NCBI GenBank assembly: GCA_963743775.1
Contig: CAVURA010000014.1
Location: forward strand, 129,758 to 193,757
Direction of reading: 5' to 3'
Source of the DNA: an uncultured Bacteroidales bacterium
Lineage (GTDB): Bacteria > Bacteroidota > Bacteroidia > Bacteroidales > VadinHA17
Length of the DNA stretch: 64,000 bases
Shown here: positions 60,555 through 64,000 of the stretch, in pieces
How positions within the stretch are numbered: the stretch's first letter is position 1
Layout: each line of letters begins with the position of its first letter
The notes under the pieces: model-generated
What the model was told of the DNA's origin: nothing
Seen by the model: the letters and a program-made list of their open reading frames with translations, nothing else
Database searches by the model: none
Program-made: the position numbers and the translations under genes

Positions 60555-62174
60555 ATGAGTTTTACAAAAACATTTATATATGGTGAGGAAGGACTTTTCA
60601 AGTCTGAAACCCTAACCCCGATGCAAAAGCTGACACTGCGTTTTGTCGTTGTAGGGCTTATCTATTTCGGCTTTGTCGTGATAGAAGGAATGCTCATGAG
60701 GCTCTATGAGGTCAAACCTCTGCCGTTTATCACTGAACCCCAGTTTTTTGCAATCCTTACAGCACATCCTTTGGTTGGCATATTCGGATCCACATATTCT
60801 ATTGTCTGTGGAGCATTCCTGTTCCTGGTACCCTTCCTGATGAAGAAACCTCTATGGAGCATCAAGCTCGGCAACTGGAATTTCATTCTTATTGCCGTCG
60901 GGACATTTGTCTTCTGGTTTTCAGGTTTTGTAAGTCATTATGCTCCTCTGTATACACTTTACTGGCCTCTTCCTGCTGACTTCTCCCAGTTCAGTGTCTG
61001 GGGAGGAACGTTCTTTATAATCGGGATCGCTATTGTCATGGTTGGGACAGCCCTTTTCATCATCAATATTTTTAAAACAATTACCTATACTCCTGACGGA
61101 TGGGAGAAACAGCGTTCAGGCGCTCTGCTGTCGTCTGCCCTCGGAATAACCGGGTTCAATAATCTTTTCAGGAAAAACAAAAAGGAACATCTTGTTCCTC
61201 TGCCCGTGGCTGCTGTTGCCCGGGGAAGCGTTGACATGGCGTTAAATACAATCACCATTCTGTTCACAGGTGTCCTCATTCTTGTGTATATGATTGGTTC
61301 AATCCTGGGGTACGATCTGAAGGAGACGGCAATTGATGCCCTGCTGTACAAGAACTGGTTCTGGTGGGGACTCGATCTGATTGCTGACGGACTTGTTCTG
61401 ATCTTTGTTGCCGGTACCTGGTATCTGCTTGCAATGATGATCACAGGGAAGCCCCTCTTCATGCAGAATATTGCACGTGCGGCACTGCTTGTTGAACTGG
61501 TCGTTTCATGGACAGTCTGGTCTCATCACCTGCTTTCAGATCAGGCACAACCAGCTATACTGAAAGTTGTCTCCGGCGAAATGGTAACTGCATTTGAACT
61601 TATTACCCAGGGACTTGCATTCTTTATCACATTGGCTACCCTGTGGAGTGCAAGACCTCTGAAAATGACAAATCCGTTGAAATTCCTTCTGGGTGGTTTA
61701 CTTGGATTTGCCCTGGCAGTTCCAGCCGGAATTATGCAGGCGGATGTGGGCCTGAACAGGATTCTCCACAATACACAGTGGGTTGTGGGTCCGCATGTAC
61801 ATGTGGCAATTCTCATCGGGCTGACAATGACACTGTATTCAGCTATTTATCTTCTCTTCCCGATTCTCACCAACGGAGCTAAGATATACAGCCAGAAGCT
61901 TGCAAACGTTCATTTCTGGTGCCATCTGATCGGAGGAATTGGCATGGGTGCATTCATGGGTATGGCCGGATTGGGCGGTATGCTCAGGCGGTCTATCTAT
62001 GTAAACGGGGAATTTAATTTGTTCATGATACTGGCAGCTGTATCCGGAACTTTAATACTTATCGGATTTCTGGCATTCTTCTATAATATAGTTATGAGTG
62101 TCGGGCTGAAAGGAGTACTGGGTATTTTTACACCTGCAAAGGTTAATACCAAAGATCTGGTGCCCCAGGGTTAG
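60555..62174 (+). CDS. Heme-copper oxidoreductase subunit I homolog, divergent (Asp at the helix-VI metal-ligand position)
   Basis: About 12 TM helices. H71 (LTAHPLVGIFG), W-F-W-W-G-L-D274-L-I-A-D278-G, H324-H325 (WSHHLL), and H413/H415 (GPHVHV). The spacing between these sites matches canonical enzymes. Confidence 0.75.
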   Translation: MSFTKTFIYGEEGLFKSETLTPMQKLTLRFVVVGLIYFGFVVIEGMLMRLYEVKPLPFITEPQFFAILTAHPLVGIFGSTYSIVCGAFLFLVPFLMKKPLWSIKLGNWNFILIAVGTFVFWFSGFVSHYAPLYTLYWPLPADFSQFSVWGGTFFIIGIAIVMVGTALFIINIFKTITYTPDGWEKQRSGALLSSALGITGFNNLFRKNKKEHLVPLPVAAVARGSVDMALNTITILFTGVLILVYMIGSILGYDLKETAIDALLYKNWFWWGLDLIADGLVLIFVAGTWYLLAMMITGKPLFMQNIARAALLVELVVSWTVWSHHLLSDQAQPAILKVVSGEMVTAFELITQGLAFFITLATLWSARPLKMTNPLKFLLGGLLGFALAVPAGIMQADVGLNRILHNTQWVVGPHVHVAILIGLTMTLYSAIYLLFPILTNGAKIYSQKLANVHFWCHLIGGIGMGAFMGMAGLGGMLRRSIYVNGEFNLFMILAAVSGTLILIGFLAFFYNIVMSVGLKGVLGIFTPAKVNTKDLVPQG

Positions 62175-62307
62175 TCGGTTTAAATATATTTCTTTAAACT
62201 TTGTGTACTGATATTTGTCTTACATACGGATTTTTATTGAAGAGTATGAAAGAAAAAAAACTTTTGACTCTATGCACCGATTGCTAAAACAGTCAAAAAT
62301 TGAAAAT

Positions 62308-62646
62308 ATGATTACAAGAAATTACAAAACAGAAGAAGCTAAAGAAAATCCGCATAAAGTGGATGTACGGCAACTTTACAATGATCCCTCGGCCCAGATC
62401 ATGCATATCACACTGCAACCGGGTGAAAGCCTGAAACCCCATAAAACTCCTGTCGATGTGGTATTTTATATACTGGAAGGCACCCCGGTAGTTCACATAG
62501 ACGAAGAATCGAAGGTTGTTGAAAAAGATACCCTTGTTGAGAGCCCGGCAGATGTTGTACATTTTATAAGCAACGAAAGCCACAATAATGTACGTGTACT
62601 TGTCATCAAGGCACCGAGACCGGAAAAGATCACAAAATTACTATAG
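62308..62646 (+). CDS. Small single-domain cupin
   Basis: Starts at the ATG at 62308. 112 aa with the cupin pattern ...HITLQPGESLKPHKTP.D..FYILEG............PADVVHFISN. Confidence 0.65.
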   Translation: MITRNYKTEEAKENPHKVDVRQLYNDPSAQIMHITLQPGESLKPHKTPVDVVFYILEGTPVVHIDEESKVVEKDTLVESPADVVHFISNESHNNVRVLVIKAPRPEKITKLL

Positions 62647-62664
62647 TCATAAACGGTCATCCAA

Positions 62665-63930
62665 ATGAGTGAATTAATCAATAATTCAAAATACAGGAAA
62701 GAAAAGCTGAAGGAGCTTATCCTGAAGTTGCACCACGGCGGGGATCCACAGCAGGTCCGTACTGAGCTGATAAGCACATTGCAGCAGATACCGTACGGTG
62801 AGGTTGTGGAGGTAGAGCAGGAACTGATAAAGGAAGGATTGCCTCAGACGGAAGTGCTGAAACTTTGTGATGTTCACGGTGAAGTACTTGACGGGCATAT
62901 AGACCAGAGCGGGGCACAGCCCATTCCGGAAGGACATCCGGTGGATGTATTTAAACGGGAGAATAAAGAACTGGTAAAAGTTGTGGAAAAAACCCAGGTG
63001 CTGATTGCTTCATTATATACTGTCAGCGATAATGATTTTAAGAACTATTCGCAAAAAATCCTGTCGTGCTTCAATGACCTGATGGATGTTGACAAACACT
63101 ATAAGCGCAAGGAATATCTTGTATTTCCGTATCTCGAGAAGAAAGACATCACAGGACCTCCCATGGTGATGTGGGGAAAGCACGATGAAATACGCGAACA
63201 GCTTAAGGGCTGTATCGAAATACTGCGTACAGAGGGACTGAAGAAATCGGATCTTGAGGATGCTGAGGAAATACTGTTTTCACCTGTACTGAAGGCAGTG
63301 GCTGATATGACCAAAAAAGAGGAGGATATACTTTTCCCCATGTGTATGGACATGCTCACAACCGATGACTGGTGGCAGATACACAAACAGACACTCGATT
63401 TTGGTTTTACCCTTTACGATCCGCAGATCGACTGGAAACCAGAAGGCATTTCCTTTTCCAATGAGAATGAAAGCAAGGGAGCTCTGGGCGAAAATGGCAC
63501 AGTGCATTTACCCTCAGGCAGTTTCACAGCAAAAGAGGTACAGGCGATATTAAACACCGTGCCGTTCGATATGACTTTTGTTGACAAAGACGATAAGGTA
63601 AAATACTTTACCCAGGGGAAGGAAAGAATATTTGCCCGCAGCCGTTCAATTATCAACCGTGATGTCAGGTTATGCCATCCTCCCGGAAGTGTCCATATTA
63701 TTGAAAAGATACTGGAGGATTTTAAATCGGGCGCGGCATCCCATGCACCTTTCTGGATACAGATGCAGGGCAAGTTTATCTACATAGAATATTTTGCACT
63801 CCGGGGTGAAAAGGGAGAATATCTTGGAACCCTGGAAGTCTCGCAGGACCTGTCAAATGCAAGAAGCCTTGAGGGTGAGCAGCGAATTTTATCATACACC
63901 GGCAAAAAAAATAAACAATGGCCAGCCTGA
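62665..63930 (+). CDS. DUF438 / hemerythrin-like / PAS-domain protein
   Basis: N-terminal DUF438-type segment (KEKLKELILKLHHGGDP...). Central H/E-rich hemerythrin-like helices (HYKRKEYLVFPYLEK...MWGKHDEIRE). C-terminal PAS_10-like segment (FVDKDDKVKYF...RDVRLCHPP...). Confidence 0.7.
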   Translation: MSELINNSKYRKEKLKELILKLHHGGDPQQVRTELISTLQQIPYGEVVEVEQELIKEGLPQTEVLKLCDVHGEVLDGHIDQSGAQPIPEGHPVDVFKRENKELVKVVEKTQVLIASLYTVSDNDFKNYSQKILSCFNDLMDVDKHYKRKEYLVFPYLEKKDITGPPMVMWGKHDEIREQLKGCIEILRTEGLKKSDLEDAEEILFSPVLKAVADMTKKEEDILFPMCMDMLTTDDWWQIHKQTLDFGFTLYDPQIDWKPEGISFSNENESKGALGENGTVHLPSGSFTAKEVQAILNTVPFDMTFVDKDDKVKYFTQGKERIFARSRSIINRDVRLCHPPGSVHIIEKILEDFKSGAASHAPFWIQMQGKFIYIEYFALRGEKGEYLGTLEVSQDLSNARSLEGEQRILSYTGKKNKQWPA

Positions 63931-64000
63931 TCATTACGCCAAAAACAAAGATATACGACCTTCTGCAGGCGTATCCCGACCTGGAAGATATTCTTATTAG
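63918..64000 (+). CDS. DUF1858-domain protein, 3'-truncated by the window edge
   Basis: My translation of the ATG at 63918 is MASLIITPKTKIYDLLQAYPDLEDILI..., the typical DUF1858 N-terminus. Overlaps the upstream stop by 13 nt. Confidence 0.55.
   Translation, partial: MASLIITPKTKIYDLLQAYPDLEDILI

Overview
This 64-kb segment reads as a chromosomal piece of a Bacteroidota genome, probably an anaerobe or microaerophile. The phylum call rests on a T9SS C-terminal sorting domain, a TPR histidine kinase paired with a LytTR regulator, many lipoprotein and Sec signals, and exact TAnnTTTG boxes 15-45 nt upstream of several starts. I call about 59 protein-coding genes, including one 49-aa gene missing from the ORF track, and one glycosidase pseudogene. 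I recognise no rRNA, tRNA, CRISPR array, transposase, integrase or phage gene.

In order along the window:
- hydF, an aspartase-like gene and an rmuC-like gene in one operon.
- A sirtuin without its zinc site, an M28 peptidase, and a TPR-HK/LytTR pair upstream of five secreted or outer-membrane genes (OmpA-like, collagen-like repeat protein, two unknowns, ELWxxDGT/T9SS protein).
- A ThiF-like E1, a serpin, and a secreted nucleoside-hydrolase/FmdE fusion.
- A membrane tetraheme NapC/NirT cytochrome fused to an FGE-fold domain, followed by two TAT-exported enzymes.
- A membrane/P-loop NTPase fusion, an AlkD-like protein, a GT39/83-like transferase, queG and a complete sufBCDSE-sufT operon.
- An M1 aminopeptidase, a superoxide-reductase-like protein, cstA, and a rhodanese plus split-YeeE sulfur cluster.
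- terC, and at the right edge an Rrf2-headed cluster encoding a divergent heme-copper oxidoreductase pair.

The strongest candidate for something poorly described is that right-edge cluster (59448-64000). Its subunit II has lost all CuA ligands. Its subunit I has Asp where the first CuB/FeB histidine is normally found, plus a second Asp at +4. It sits with an Fe-S-type Rrf2 regulator, a perfect 12-5-12 palindrome, a cupin, a DUF438/hemerythrin/PAS protein and DUF1858. I read it as a candidate atypical NO reductase or nitrosative-stress module.

Other leads include the NapC-FGE plus TAT oxidoreductase and TIM-barrel module, the LytTR-linked surface operon with a collagen-like protein, the hydF-aspartase-like linkage, and a dispersed GGTTGA-unit intergenic repeat family. 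All functional calls come from reading motifs by eye. No database search was run.
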